From: Candidatus Velthaea sp.
GTDB taxonomy: Bacteria > Vulcanimicrobiota > Vulcanimicrobiia > Vulcanimicrobiales > Vulcanimicrobiaceae
Length of the DNA: 64,000 bases
Assembly: GCA_050012475.1 (NCBI GenBank)
Contig: JBEKHC010000003.1
Coordinates: forward strand, 32,001 to 96,000
Direction: 5' to 3'
Made by a program: the position numbers and the translations under genes. Within the stretch, counting starts at the first letter, position 1. Each line of letters starts with the position of its first letter. Positions 19,042 through 31,994 of the stretch are shown piece after piece. Under the pieces are notes generated by a model. It saw only the letters and a list, made by a program, of their open reading frames with translations, ran no database searches and had not been told where the DNA came from.

Positions 19042-21381
19042 TCACCCCACGGCGAAGCGGCGGAACATCGCCAGCTTCACGGTATCGAGCAGGAACGCAA
19101 ACGCCGTTGCCGCGACGAACAGCCCGGCGATGATCGCGAGCGGCAGCGCGTGCATGAGGATGCCCCGTGCGGCAAGGATGGCGACGATACCGGCGTCGGC
19201 AACCGAGGATGCCAAAAGCCAGCGACTCGGCAGAGAACTCCAAAGATGATCTCGCTCGCGCACAACGTACAACACCGCTTGACCGCTGAAAACCAGCGTC
19301 ACTACAGCGAATGTCTGCAATGCCGGCGTGCTCAGCGAGAAGGCGACCTTTCCCATCACGAGGCAGGCGATGCAGAAAACGAGGTCGGCCGCGCCCATTG
19401 CGGTCCCGGCAAGCGTGAGATTTCGGATGTGCCAGACGCTCGGCTTCGATGACGGACGCACGTTATCGGTCGACGACGACATGGCGAGAAAATCTCCGAT
19501 AACCATCATCAACACCATGAGCGTCGGCGTGAGGATCGCGTGCCCGGTGAGGATCAGCCCGGCCGCCAAGAACAGCACCTGATTGATCTTGTGCGTGATC
19601 GACCGCAGCGTGTAGGTGAGAATCCGCTGGAACGTCGTTCGCCCCTCGGTAACCGCGGCGACGACGCCGCCCAGACCCGGTTCCGTGAGCACGATACCGG
19701 CAGCCGACTTCGCGACGTCGGTTGCCGTCGATACGGCGATCCCCATCTGGGCTTGGCGCAAGGCGGGAGCGTCGTTTGCGCCGTCGCCGCCGACGCCGAC
19801 GATATGACCATCCTTTTGCAGCGCCTTGACGAGAAAGAACTTGTCCTCCGGCAGCACGCCGGCAAAGATCGCGAACGTTTCGGCTCGCAGATCGTGCGGC
19901 AGCGGCGTCGTTGCCGACATCGCACCGGTGATGCCCACCGCACTCGCTACGAATCGTGCGGTCGCCGGCGCATCGCCCGTGACCATGACGGTCCGAACCC
20001 CGAGTGCGGCTAATTGCGCGACGAGCGCGGCCGCGTCGTCGCGCGGCGGATCGCTCAAGGCGATGAGGCCGGCGAGCGCGAGTTGGCCATGCGGTCCGGC
20101 GGCGACGGCAAGGACGCGACCGCCGCTCGCCTCGAGCTTGCCGACGAGCGCCAGCGCCGCAGCGTCGCTTTTCGCCCGGTCGGCGACGACGGAGAAGGCG
20201 CCCTTGACGACCTGCAGCACGGCGCCGCTCGCTTCGCGCACGATTGCTTCCGAACGTTTGCGTTGCGGATCGAACGGGACGAAGGAGACGAGTGCCGGCT
20301 CGTCGTTCGGGGATGCGCGCAATGCACAACTGCGAACGGCAGCGTCGACGGGATCCGCGCCGCTCACGGAACTTGCCAGAGCTGCCAGCGCGAGGACGTG
20401 CGCTTCGTCGAACGGCGCGAACGCGTGCACGGAGATGACGGCGAGTTCGTTACGCGTCAGCGTTCCGGTTTTGTCCGAGCAGAAGACGTCGATGCCTGCC
20501 GCTTCGTCGACTGCCGACAAACGCGTCGGCAAGACGCCGCGGCTGGCCAGCGATCGGGCGCCGATCGCCGCTGCGAGCGTGAACATCGACGGCAGCGCAA
20601 CCGGGATCGACGCGAGGACCGCGACGAGCACGAGCGGGATGATCTCGGTGCGCGGCATCGGTGACAGCAGCGCGTACGCCGTCAGCATCACGGTCACCGC
20701 ACCGTTGAAGATCACTAGGTTGCGGACCACGCCGAAGATGGTTTTCTGCTGCGTGCTCTCGACGGCGGCCGTCCGAATGAGCTCGGCCGTGCGGCCGAAT
20801 TTGGTGCGTTCGCCGGTCGCCGACACCAGGGCCAGCGCCGCACCGCGGCGCACCAGTGCGCCCGCGTACGCATCGAAGCCCGGTCCGGCCTCGACCGGCA
20901 GCGACTCCCCGGTGAGCATGGACTCATCGATGAGGACTGCTCCCGAGAGCAGCCGGACGTCGGCGGGGACGACGGCGCCCAGGGTGAGATTCACCACGTC
21001 GCCCGCCACCAGATCGGCAGCCGGCAAGGTGATCCACCGTCCGTCACGCTTCACGGGCGCGTTGAGCGCCAGGCGCGACTTGAGCGCATCGAGCGTGGCC
21101 TGCGAGCGCGTCTCTTGAATGACGCTCAGCGCGGCATTGAACACCAGCAGCAGCGCGATGACTGCCGCCTCCGGGTAGTCGTGCAGCCCGAGCGCAAGCA
21201 GAATCGCGGCCTCGAGCATCCAGGGTATCGGCGCCCACAACTTCTCGAGGGCACGCCGAAGCGGCTGCGGCGCTACGTCGACGATTGCGTTCGCACCACC
21301 ATGCGCGAGGCGCGTGCGCGCTTCGCCCGCCGTCAACCCGGCTGCGGGGTCGGAGGCGGATCGCTCGTCAGACGTAATCAC
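19042..21381 (-). CDS. P-type ATPase, P3A H+-exporting type (copy A, 779 aa)
   Basis: PIPWMLE, TGES, IPVALP, DKTGT, DPVD, GDGANDAPAL, TM6 Asp (GDFLAMS). Confidence 0.88.
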   Translation of the reverse strand: MITSDERSASDPAAGLTAGEARTRLAHGGANAIVDVAPQPLRRALEKLWAPIPWMLEAAILLALGLHDYPEAAVIALLLVFNAALSVIQETRSQATLDALKSRLALNAPVKRDGRWITLPAADLVAGDVVNLTLGAVVPADVRLLSGAVLIDESMLTGESLPVEAGPGFDAYAGALVRRGAALALVSATGERTKFGRTAELIRTAAVESTQQKTIFGVVRNLVIFNGAVTVMLTAYALLSPMPRTEIIPLVLVAVLASIPVALPSMFTLAAAIGARSLASRGVLPTRLSAVDEAAGIDVFCSDKTGTLTRNELAVISVHAFAPFDEAHVLALAALASSVSGADPVDAAVRSCALRASPNDEPALVSFVPFDPQRKRSEAIVREASGAVLQVVKGAFSVVADRAKSDAAALALVGKLEASGGRVLAVAAGPHGQLALAGLIALSDPPRDDAAALVAQLAALGVRTVMVTGDAPATARFVASAVGITGAMSATTPLPHDLRAETFAIFAGVLPEDKFFLVKALQKDGHIVGVGGDGANDAPALRQAQMGIAVSTATDVAKSAAGIVLTEPGLGGVVAAVTEGRTTFQRILTYTLRSITHKINQVLFLAAGLILTGHAILTPTLMVLMMVIGDFLAMSSSTDNVRPSSKPSVWHIRNLTLAGTAMGAADLVFCIACLVMGKVAFSLSTPALQTFAVVTLVFSGQAVLYVVRERDHLWSSLPSRWLLASSVADAGIVAILAARGILMHALPLAIIAGLFVAATAFAFLLDTVKLAMFRRFAVG

Positions 21382-21465
21382 GGCGATGCCGCCTCACCGG
21401 CGGAACCGGCGGCAGTCAACAAGAGCCGCGCGCAGGCGCCGATCGTCGGTTGCATGATTGTTGCG

Positions 21466-21513
21466 ACTTTAGCACCCGGCGAACGTGACCGGCAATCGTG
21501 AAAATGGCGGATC
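21466..21513 (-). promoter_or_regulatory. Island promoter copy 5: GATCCGCCATTTTCACG-N25-TAAAGT
   Basis: Box 21497-21513, -10 at 21466-21471 preceded by TGn; points into ATPase A and ackA. Confidence 0.75.
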
Positions 21514-21551
21514 GGGGCGTTCGCATCAGTGCGCCGGCAACGGCCGAACGA

Positions 21552-21598
21552 GGTCCATGTATTTCACGATACCCTCTCGACCTGCGCTGCGCTACAAT
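21552..21598 (+). promoter_or_regulatory. Island promoter copy 6: GGTCCATGTATTTCACG-N24-TACAAT
   Basis: Box 21552-21568, -10 at 21593-21598; points into the SPFH...ATPase B-xfp operon. Confidence 0.78.
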
Positions 21599-21701
21599 TG
21601 CCGTGTCGCCGATCGACGGCCCCGTCCTCCGGCTGTTTCTCTCTCGCGCCCGTCGGACAGAAGTAGCCGAATCGTCGAGCGTTTGCGCCGAAGGGTTGTC
21701 C

Positions 21702-22523
21702 ATGTTCACGCTCGCAGGTCTGTTAGGCCCGTTCGCTCTCATCATCCTCGTTTTTATTCTCGTCAATGCGTCGGTGCGCGTGTTGCGCCAGTACGAGCGT
21801 GGCGTCATGTTCACCCTCGGACGCTTCTCCAGCGTCCGCGGGCCAGGTTTGATCTTTCTGGTTCCCTACATCCAGCAGATCGTGCGCGTCGACTTGCGGA
21901 CCGTCGTGATGGAAGTCCCGAGTCAGGACCTCATCTCGCGCGACAATGTCTCGGTCAAGGTCGACGCCGTGCTCTATTTCCACGTCGTCGATCCCGAGAA
22001 AGCCGTCATCGCGGTCGAACAGTATGCCGCAGCGACGAGCATGCTGGCGCAGACGACGCTGCGCTCCGTCCTCGGGCAGCACGAACTCGACGAAATGCTC
22101 TCCAAGCGGGCTACGCTCAATACCGACATCCAGGATATCCTCGATTCGCGCACCGAGGAGTGGGGGATCGAAGTGACCGCCGTCGAGATTCGCGACGTGC
22201 AGCTGACCGACAATATGGTCAAAGCCATTGCAAAGCAAGCCGAAGCCGAGCGCGACCGGCGCGCGAAAATCATCCACGCCGACGCGGAATTCCAAGCCTC
22301 GCAAACGTTGGTGAACGCGGCCAAGATCCTAGCTTCCGTTCCGGCCGCGATGCAGCTTCGCTATCTGCAGACCCTCTCGGAAATCGGCGGTGAGAACAAC
22401 TCGACCGTGATCTTCCCGATGCCGCTCGACATCATCAAGCCATTCTTGGACATCGCGAACAAAGACGCGGCGGCGGCCGCGGCTGCGGCGGCGAACAACA
22501 ACCTGAAGCTGCCGGTGCTATGA
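21702..22523 (+). CDS. SPFH/band 7 (slipin/stomatin-like) membrane protein
   Basis: QYERGVMFTLGR, SRDNVSVKVDAV, AQTTLRSVLG, AKQAEAER, QLRYLQTL. Confidence 0.93.
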   Translation: MFTLAGLLGPFALIILVFILVNASVRVLRQYERGVMFTLGRFSSVRGPGLIFLVPYIQQIVRVDLRTVVMEVPSQDLISRDNVSVKVDAVLYFHVVDPEKAVIAVEQYAAATSMLAQTTLRSVLGQHELDEMLSKRATLNTDIQDILDSRTEEWGIEVTAVEIRDVQLTDNMVKAIAKQAEAERDRRAKIIHADAEFQASQTLVNAAKILASVPAAMQLRYLQTLSEIGGENNSTVIFPMPLDIIKPFLDIANKDAAAAAAAAANNNLKLPVL

Positions 22524-22987
22524 CGCTTGCCGGGCCGGCCCCGGGACGCGATGACTTCTTGACCCGCACGACGCTGCAACTGGACGAAGGCCTCTCGCTG
22601 CCCTCGGTCGCTGGGCTCATCAAAACGCTGCAGCGCGTCCCGGGGGTCTTGCTGGCCGAGATCGCCGCGGGCAGCGCCCGCGCGGTCGTCGCGCACGACG
22701 CCGCCGTGCCTGGCGCGTCGCTGCTGGCGGCCGCCGCACGCGCCGGCGTGCACGCGACGATCGTGGCCGACACGCGCCCGCCGGTTGCACCGGTCGAAAC
22801 GGCTGCGCCGCCCGCACTGTCGCGCGACCGACGCATCTTTGCGCTCGCAGCAGCACTGCTCTTCCTCTTGGCGCTCGGCGAGGCCGTCTTTCCCCGGCTT
22901 ACGAGCAATCACTATTTGCTGCCGGTGCTGCTCTCGTCGCTCTGGGCGTTCGTCATCGCGCGCATGTTGTTCAAGCGGCGGAAGTAG
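22520..22987 (+). CDS. HMA-fold-like domain lacking cysteines, plus two C-terminal TM helices
   Basis: LIKTLQRVPGVLLAEI...RAVVAHD...LLAAAARAG resembles an HMA domain; CxxC position reads LPSV; ATGA overlap with SPFH gene. Confidence 0.6.
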   Translation: MTLAGPAPGRDDFLTRTTLQLDEGLSLPSVAGLIKTLQRVPGVLLAEIAAGSARAVVAHDAAVPGASLLAAAARAGVHATIVADTRPPVAPVETAAPPALSRDRRIFALAAALLFLLALGEAVFPRLTSNHYLLPVLLSSLWAFVIARMLFKRRK

Positions 22988-23048
22988 CATTCGCTCACCG
23001 CCGCGCGTCCCGGCTTCTCAAACACCAGCTCTTCGCAAGGAATTGACC

Positions 23049-24128
23049 ATGCCGACCATCTCACCGGGCATCGAATTTGAAGTGACGCGTCTGGGCGCGA
23101 TCATGCGCCCGCAAGCGGGCGCGCCGCACGAAGCCTGGGGCGTCCTCAATCCGGGCGGCGTTCGTTCCGCGGACGGTACGATGCATCTCTTCCCGCGGCT
23201 GATCGCCGAAGGGAACTATTCGCGGATCGGCCACGCACGCGTTCTTTTCGACGGTGAGAACCCGGTGAACGTGGAACGGCTGGGGCTCGCCCTCGAGCCG
23301 CACGAGTCCTATGAAGTCAGCGCCGGTGGCGGCGGCGTCGAGGATCCGCGCGTCGTGTACGTGCCGCTGCTCGAACGTTATGTGATGACGTATACGGCAT
23401 TCGTCCCGTACGAGCCGCGTGTCGCCATCGCCGTTTCCGAGGATCTCCAGACCTGGCAGCGACTCGGTGTGTTGCGCTTCGCGGTGAAACCCGGTGCAGC
23501 GGATCTCAACAAATGCGGCAATAAGGACGCGGCGCTCTTTCCCGATGTCATCTCGGATCCCAAGGGCGTCCCGTCGCTGGGGATCTTGCACCGGCCGACG
23601 ACGCGAATGCACTTTCGCCGCCATCATAAGGGCACGGCGGTCACCAAGCCTCCGAGCGGCGACGAGACCCAAGAGAACATCTGCATCTCCTATATCCCAG
23701 TCGATGCGGTTCTCGCCGACATCGGAAACCTGACCGCGGTGCGGCGCCACGAACGCGTTCTCGCACCCGAGCAGCCGTGGGAAATGCAGAAAGTCGGAAC
23801 CGGCGCCCCGCCCGTCCGGCTTCCATACGGTTGGGTGCTGCCGTATCATGCGGTCTCGGCTCCCGGCGGGCGCTCGCGCTATTGCATGGGGATCGCAATT
23901 CTCGATCTGCAGCGGCCGGCGCGGGTGCTCTACCGCACGCCGCTGCCGGTCCTCGAGCCGGAAACGGACTACGAGTGCAACGGCCTCGTCGACGATGTCG
24001 TCTTTCCCTCAGCGACCGATCTGCGCGCCGACGGAGCCCTCGACGTGTACTACGGCGCAGCGGATCACGTGATCGCCGCGGCGCGCGTCACCTTGCCACG
24101 CGACTTCCCCGCTTCGGCGTCGAAATGA
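23049..24128 (+). CDS. Glycoside hydrolase/phosphorylase, GH130-like
   Basis: LNPG, VEDPRV, NKDAALFP, KVGTGAPP, VVFPS, VYYGAAD; AAGGA RBS. Confidence 0.85.
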   Translation: MPTISPGIEFEVTRLGAIMRPQAGAPHEAWGVLNPGGVRSADGTMHLFPRLIAEGNYSRIGHARVLFDGENPVNVERLGLALEPHESYEVSAGGGGVEDPRVVYVPLLERYVMTYTAFVPYEPRVAIAVSEDLQTWQRLGVLRFAVKPGAADLNKCGNKDAALFPDVISDPKGVPSLGILHRPTTRMHFRRHHKGTAVTKPPSGDETQENICISYIPVDAVLADIGNLTAVRRHERVLAPEQPWEMQKVGTGAPPVRLPYGWVLPYHAVSAPGGRSRYCMGIAILDLQRPARVLYRTPLPVLEPETDYECNGLVDDVVFPSATDLRADGALDVYYGAADHVIAAARVTLPRDFPASASK

Positions 24129-24168
24129 AAGACGGCGTGCCGTGCCTCATGCATCACGGCGCGTCACG

Positions 24169-26667
<2,499 letters not shown>

Positions 26668-26717
26668 ACCTTGGCGCGTTCCCCGCACGCACTTACTCCA
26701 GAGAAAGAACGTTTACT

Positions 26718-29306
26718 ATGCGCACAGCCAAACCACCGACGACATCCGAAAACAACGGCAATTCCGCACCGCTCGCGAAGATTGCACCCAACGGCAACCG
26801 GACAGCAACCTTCGACTTCGACGTTGCGCTGTCGACGGCGGTTGCGGCCAACGGCTCGCCCCATGCGCCGCAGCCGGTCCCCGCTGGACCGCTTGCGCCC
26901 GATCTGCTCGATAAGATCCATCGCTACTGGCGTGCCGCGAACTATCTTTGCATCGGCCAGATCTATTTGTTCGAGAACCCGCTGCTGCGCGAGCCGCTCA
27001 AAGCCGAACAGATCAAACCGCGCCTGCTCGGGCACTGGGGCACGTCACCAGGACAAAATCTGATCTACGTTCACCTCAATCGGCTCATCAAAGAGCACGA
27101 CGCGAACGTTATCTACATCTCGGGCCCCGGACACGGCGGCCCCTCGCTCAACGCGAACTCCTATCTCGAGGGCTCCTACACGGAGGTCCATCCCGAGATC
27201 ACGCTCGACGAGGACGGTCTGCGTCTCATGTTCCGCAAGTTCTCGACGCCGGGCGGCGTCCCCAGTCATTGCGGACCGCACGTTCCCAACTCGATGCACG
27301 AAGGCGGCGAACTCGGCTACTCGCTCGTCCACGCCTTCGGCGCGGCGTTCGACAACCCGGATTTGATCGTCGCGTGCGTGATCGGCGACGGCGAATCCGA
27401 AACCTGTCCGCTCGAGGGGAGCTGGAAGTCAAATAGCTTTCTCAACCCCGTGCACGACGGAGCCGTGCTGCCCATCTTGCACTTGAACGGCTATAAGATC
27501 TCCGGACCGACGGTCCAAGCCCGAACCAACGACGACGACTTGCGCGCGCTGTACGTCGGACGCGGCTACAAGCCGTATTTCGTCGAAGGTGACGAGCCGC
27601 TCGTCGTGCACCAGCTCTTCGCGGCCGCACTCGATGCTTGCTATGCCGACATTCGGACGATCCAGCGCACCGCACGCGAGCACGGCTTCGACAAGCAGCC
27701 GGCTTGGCCGATGATCGTGCTGCGCACGCCCAAAGGCTGGACCTGCCCCAAAGAAGTGGACGGCATTCCGATCGAAGGCACATTCCGCGCGCACCAAGTG
27801 CCGCTCGCCGGCGTTCGCGAGAATCCCGACCACCTCAAGATCCTCGAGTCGTGGATGAAGAGTTACAAAGCGCAGGAGCTCTTCGACGAACAGGGCAGAT
27901 TCATCGCGGAATTGGCGGCCTTGGCTCCGGCCGGCAACCGCCGCATGGGCGGCAACCCGCACGTCAACGGCGGCCGGCTGCTCAACGCGCTCGACCTGCC
28001 CGACTTTACCGATTACGCGCTCGACATTCCCGGCCCGGGCCAAGTCATCGCCGAAGCACCGCGCAAACTGGGCGACTTCTTCGCTGACATCTTCCGCCGC
28101 AACAAGACCAACTTTCTCATGTTCTGTCCCGACGAGACGAACTCGAATCGGTTGAACTCGGTGCTCGAGGCAACGAACCGTCGCTTCATGGCCCAAACCG
28201 TTTCGATCGATGACCAGCTCAGCCCCGACGGGCGCGTGCTCGAAGTGTTGAGCGAGCATTGTTGCGAGGGCTGGCTCGAGGGCTACTTGTTGACCGGACG
28301 CCATGGTTTGTGGTCGTCGTATGAAGCGTTCGCGCAGGTCGTCGACTCGATGCTGACCCAGCATGCGAAATGGCTCGAACAGTGCCGCGACTTTCCCTGG
28401 CGCAAATCGCTCGCGTCGCTCAACGTCCTGCTCACCAGCCATGCCTGGCGCAACGATCACAATGGTTTCAGCCATCAGGCTACCGGATTCGTCGACAACG
28501 CCTTAGCCCGCCGCAGCGAAACCATTCGCGTCTACTATCCGCCCGACAGCAATTGCCTGCTGAGCGTCTTCGACCATTGCCTGCGCAGCCGAAACAAAGT
28601 CAACATCGTTACCTGCGGTAAGCAGCCGCAACTGCAGTGGCTGACCATGGACGAAGCGCTCGAACATTGCTCACGCGGCGCATCGACCTGGAAATTTGCG
28701 ACCAACGACGGCGGGGCTGAGCCGGACGTCGTCCTGGCTTGCGCCGGCGACGTACCGACGATCGAGACGTGTGCGACCGCCTGGCTACTGCAGAAATACG
28801 TTCCCGGCATCAAAGTGCGCGTCGTGAACGTGGTGGACCTAAGCGCGCTCATGAGCCCGAACGACCATCCGCACGGCATGGACAACATGTCCTTCAACGA
28901 CCTCTTCACCACGAGCGCGCCGGTCATCTTCGCTTTCCATAACAACCGCTGGCTGATCCATTCGATGGTTCACGGACGCGCGAACGAGGCACGCTTCCAC
29001 GTGCGCGGCTACATGGATCGCGGGACGACGACCACCCCCTTCGATATGGTGGTGCTCAACGAGATGAGCCGCTACCATCTCGCCATCGACGCGCTCAACC
29101 AAATTCCGCGGCTGCGTTCGGAAGCATCGACCGTCATCGAAATGTTCCGCGCCAAGCTCTTCGAGCACACCGCGTATATTCAGGAACACCTCGAAGACAT
29201 GCCCGAGATCCGCAATTGGCACTGGACGGCCGATTTCAGCGAACCGGGCTCGCCGCCGCCGCTCGCCAAGGGACATCCTCGCGCCGCCTTATTCAGTGAT
29301 AGCTGA
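26718..29306 (+). CDS. xfp: Xylulose-5-phosphate/fructose-6-phosphate phosphoketolase
   Basis: [24 protein letters not shown] motif [37 protein letters not shown]. Confidence 0.96.
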   Translation: MRTAKPPTTSENNGNSAPLAKIAPNGNRTATFDFDVALSTAVAANGSPHAPQPVPAGPLAPDLLDKIHRYWRAANYLCIGQIYLFENPLLREPLKAEQIKPRLLGHWGTSPGQNLIYVHLNRLIKEHDANVIYISGPGHGGPSLNANSYLEGSYTEVHPEITLDEDGLRLMFRKFSTPGGVPSHCGPHVPNSMHEGGELGYSLVHAFGAAFDNPDLIVACVIGDGESETCPLEGSWKSNSFLNPVHDGAVLPILHLNGYKISGPTVQARTNDDDLRALYVGRGYKPYFVEGDEPLVVHQLFAAALDACYADIRTIQRTAREHGFDKQPAWPMIVLRTPKGWTCPKEVDGIPIEGTFRAHQVPLAGVRENPDHLKILESWMKSYKAQELFDEQGRFIAELAALAPAGNRRMGGNPHVNGGRLLNALDLPDFTDYALDIPGPGQVIAEAPRKLGDFFADIFRRNKTNFLMFCPDETNSNRLNSVLEATNRRFMAQTVSIDDQLSPDGRVLEVLSEHCCEGWLEGYLLTGRHGLWSSYEAFAQVVDSMLTQHAKWLEQCRDFPWRKSLASLNVLLTSHAWRNDHNGFSHQATGFVDNALARRSETIRVYYPPDSNCLLSVFDHCLRSRNKVNIVTCGKQPQLQWLTMDEALEHCSRGASTWKFATNDGGAEPDVVLACAGDVPTIETCATAWLLQKYVPGIKVRVVNVVDLSALMSPNDHPHGMDNMSFNDLFTTSAPVIFAFHNNRWLIHSMVHGRANEARFHVRGYMDRGTTTTPFDMVVLNEMSRYHLAIDALNQIPRLRSEASTVIEMFRAKLFEHTAYIQEHLEDMPEIRNWHWTADFSEPGSPPPLAKGHPRAALFSDS

Positions 29307-29485
29307 AACGATCGTAAGCGGCGCTTCCGGGAGGAGCGCCGTCCAGGCCCTACGTTCGACATGTGCTACGGACATGCTACCTTCGAGCGGACACCCACAA
29401 GGGCACGTAGCCGCAAGCTTCCGAAGGAACGGAGCCGAGCAACGCGCGAACCGCGCTGCCCGCGAGACGCTCGGTCACGACGCTT

Positions 29486-29860
29486 TCAGCGTTCCGCGTT
29501 TACCTGACGAAGGCGGGCGTCAGCGAGCTTTACCGCGGAATCGAGACGCTCGAACTCCTCGCGCGCCCCGGCCGGACTCGTCGGTACGTTTCGATTGTCG
29601 ATCGAACAAACATTCGCCGTAATATCTTCTATGGGCGTTAGGTTTTTCATCGCTTGCCGGCGGCGCCTATTCGCATCCAGCCGGCGCATCTGTTTTTTCG
29701 AGACGAAGCTGAACTTCTTCGGTGCGGCGTAGATCACCGGCTGATCCGTCACATCGACGTGGTTTGGCGTCAGTTTCAGGCTACTTATGTGGCTGACCAT
29801 CGACTCGGCATCGTGGTCGTCATCTAGGCGCGGTGCAGTATGTACGGCGTCCGATGTCAT
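29486..29860 (-). CDS. Hypothetical protein (124 aa)
   Basis: ATG after GGAG, 13 nt downstream of the preceding stop; no recognisable motif. Confidence 0.5.
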   Translation of the reverse strand: MTSDAVHTAPRLDDDHDAESMVSHISSLKLTPNHVDVTDQPVIYAAPKKFSFVSKKQMRRLDANRRRRQAMKNLTPIEDITANVCSIDNRNVPTSPAGAREEFERLDSAVKLADARLRQVNAER

Positions 29861-29873
29861 CAGGTCATCTCCA

Positions 29874-30374
29874 TCAGCAAGAAAAGAGGTGGCGGTCTTT
29901 GCGGCCGGCAGTCGTTTCCGCCGACGCACGCTCGACGTGATCGGCGATCGACCGCAGGAAACCGCAGACGAAACCTCGAGCGACCCGCTTGCCGAGTCCC
30001 GCATCGAACACCGCCCCGGCGGCGCCGAAGGGCACCTGGTAGTGTCCAGACAGAACGAGGCTGAAACGATCGCGGAGCAACGTTCTTTCAACCGCTAACG
30101 CACCGGCGAACTCCGGAAACGCGCCGCCGTCGGCGGACGACAAAGCGATGGAATAGGTCGGGTGCGAATCGGCCGCCGACGAAAGCGAATAAAACGACGC
30201 GACCGCGCGCTGCTCCAGCGCCACTTTCCAGGCCGCGAACATCGTTATCGGCAAACGCAGCGCGATACTCAGCGAACCGTTCACGTCGCGGTGTTCGGCG
30301 ACGAACGCCGCCAGACGTTGCGCGGCTTCGTGCTGCGCGCAATGAACGACGAGCCGCTCGCAGATATCCGGCAT
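29874..30374 (-). CDS. Hypothetical protein, possibly SRPBCC/START-like; paralog of 7416-7922
   Basis: End-to-end similarity with 7416-7922; AAGGG RBS. Confidence 0.7.
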   Translation of the reverse strand: MPDICERLVVHCAQHEAAQRLAAFVAEHRDVNGSLSIALRLPITMFAAWKVALEQRAVASFYSLSSAADSHPTYSIALSSADGGAFPEFAGALAVERTLLRDRFSLVLSGHYQVPFGAAGAVFDAGLGKRVARGFVCGFLRSIADHVERASAETTAGRKDRHLFSC

Positions 30375-30498
30375 TGGAAGGCCCTTCGATCGACCGCGTG
30401 ACGGCAGCCGCAAACACGTTCGATGATGCCCGTCGGCGCGGAATGCGGCGTGATCGCCGGCGGACTCGTGCGGCAGGAGCTGATCGAACGACATGGTT

Positions 30499-30545
30499 AG
30501 GATATCATCCAGGCCGCGCCAACCGTATCGTGAAAACAGTGGATC
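30499..30545 (-). promoter_or_regulatory. Island promoter copy 7: GATCCACTGTTTTCACG-N24-TATCCT
   Basis: Box 30529-30545, -10 at 30499-30504 preceded by TGn; 16/17 identical to copy 1. Confidence 0.75.
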
Positions 30546-30585
30546 GCGGGGGCAACCGCCCTGGGGGTCTTGGTCGAGTCCGCGC

Positions 30586-31329
30586 TTAGGAGCCCCAGGC
30601 CGCGGCAGTGGGAACCGGGGTGAGGCGAGCGGCTACTGGGCGCCGACTTGCTGGAAGCGTGCGCAGCGCGAGCGCAGCGGCGTCGTCGCCGCCGCGCCGA
30701 GTCCGAAACACGCGGCGCGCGATCGCGCGGGCAGCATTGAGTTCAGGCAAGCCGTGCACGACTCGGACCGCTTCGACGAGGTCGGCTTCGCCGCGCACGG
30801 GATCCCGCTGATGCTCGGTTATCCCGTCCGTGTAGAACACCACGAGCGCATCCGCGGGAAGCGCGACCACGTAATCCGCGCCAAGATAGCTGGAGAAAAT
30901 TCCCAGCGGCAGGTCGGCTGGAGGCTGGTGCAAAAACGCGTGGCCGTCGGCAGTCAACACCAGCGGCGGCGGATGTCCGGCGTTTGCAAAAGCGAGCGTG
31001 CCGAAACGCCGGTCGAGAACGGCGACGATGGCGGTTGCGATCACGCCGTTGACGCAGGTGTAGGCAACGTCGTTGAGGACCGCCAGGACGTCCGACGGAA
31101 TGCGAATCTCGCCGATCGCTCGGAGCGCCGCCGCACGCATCACCGCCATCGCCTCGGCCACGCTTTCGCCGTGTCCCGAAACGTCGCCGATCGTCAATGC
31201 CATGACGTGTTCGGAGAGCGCGAAGGCCTCACACCAGTCTCCACCGCTTTGTGCGCCGCCTATGGGCGAATTCCAGGCCGTCAAGCTGGCATCGAAAGCG
31301 GCAATGCCGCGTTCGCCGTCAGCGATCAC
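30586..31329 (-). CDS. PP2C-family (SpoIIE/RsbU-like) Ser/Thr phosphatase without a sensor domain
   Basis: GGDW, IGDVSGHG, ANAGHPPP, FYTDGITE, DDAAAL; GTG start overlaps the stop of the REC gene. Confidence 0.88.
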   Translation of the reverse strand: MIADGERGIAAFDASLTAWNSPIGGAQSGGDWCEAFALSEHVMALTIGDVSGHGESVAEAMAVMRAAALRAIGEIRIPSDVLAVLNDVAYTCVNGVIATAIVAVLDRRFGTLAFANAGHPPPLVLTADGHAFLHQPPADLPLGIFSSYLGADYVVALPADALVVFYTDGITEHQRDPVRGEADLVEAVRVVHGLPELNAARAIARRVFRTRRGGDDAAALALRTLPASRRPVAARLTPVPTAAAWGS

Positions 31330-31718
31330 GCGGCGGCAAAACGCGGATCGGTGTAACAACCGCTATGCAGCGCACTGCGCACGCCGTGCGCCAGTGTGCG
31401 TTCGTCAGCGTCTTTCGAGAGGATACAGTTGACTCCGGCGAGGTGGCAAGCCACGCCCCAGGTGCTCTTCATGAGATCCGTATACACGGCGATCAGACAC
31501 TCGGGCAGCACGAACCGGATTTGGCGCAGCAGCTCGAGGGCATCGACCTTCGAGTGATCGACGTCGCAGATGAGCAAGTTGGGCGCCAGCCGGCCCAACT
31601 CGGTTACGTCGAGTCGAGCGATCACCGGGCCAGCGAGGACTCCTGCCATTTGCAAGGCAGAATCGAACACCGGAACCCTCGTACGGTCGATGCCGGCTAG
31701 GCAGCACACGTAAGCCAT
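31326..31718 (-). CDS. Stand-alone, Cys-rich receiver (REC) domain protein, NarL-like
   Basis: LLICD (phospho-Asp), VYT, AGVNCILSK, YTDP tail typical of NarL-type receivers; no output domain. Confidence 0.75.
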   Translation of the reverse strand: MAYVCCLAGIDRTRVPVFDSALQMAGVLAGPVIARLDVTELGRLAPNLLICDVDHSKVDALELLRQIRFVLPECLIAVYTDLMKSTWGVACHLAGVNCILSKDADERTLAHGVRSALHSGCYTDPRFAAA

Positions 31719-31994
31719 ACGGAAAACGCTTTCAGGAGTGAACGGGCGCGAAACCGAGATCGCGGAAAATACTAGAGCGCGGGGGACCAGTTATCCGGTC
31801 GCTGCGCGTCGAACGCTCGATAACTGTACCATCTCGAACGAGGCGAACACATCGTTAAAAAGGCCGATGAGAGGGCGAATCCGAGCAAACGCGCCCACCC
31901 TGCCGATAGCGCGGCCGGCTCTCCGCTTCCGCTGCATGCCTCGCTGTCGAAATCCGACCCCGCGTACCCGATCGTTTCGGGTATTCTGAGCGTT

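Noticed and set aside
29338..29385. GTCCAGGCCCTACG...TGCTACCTT as a further box copy
   Set aside because: Core TTCAC is absent, spacing is off, and no convincing downstream gene lies on that strand
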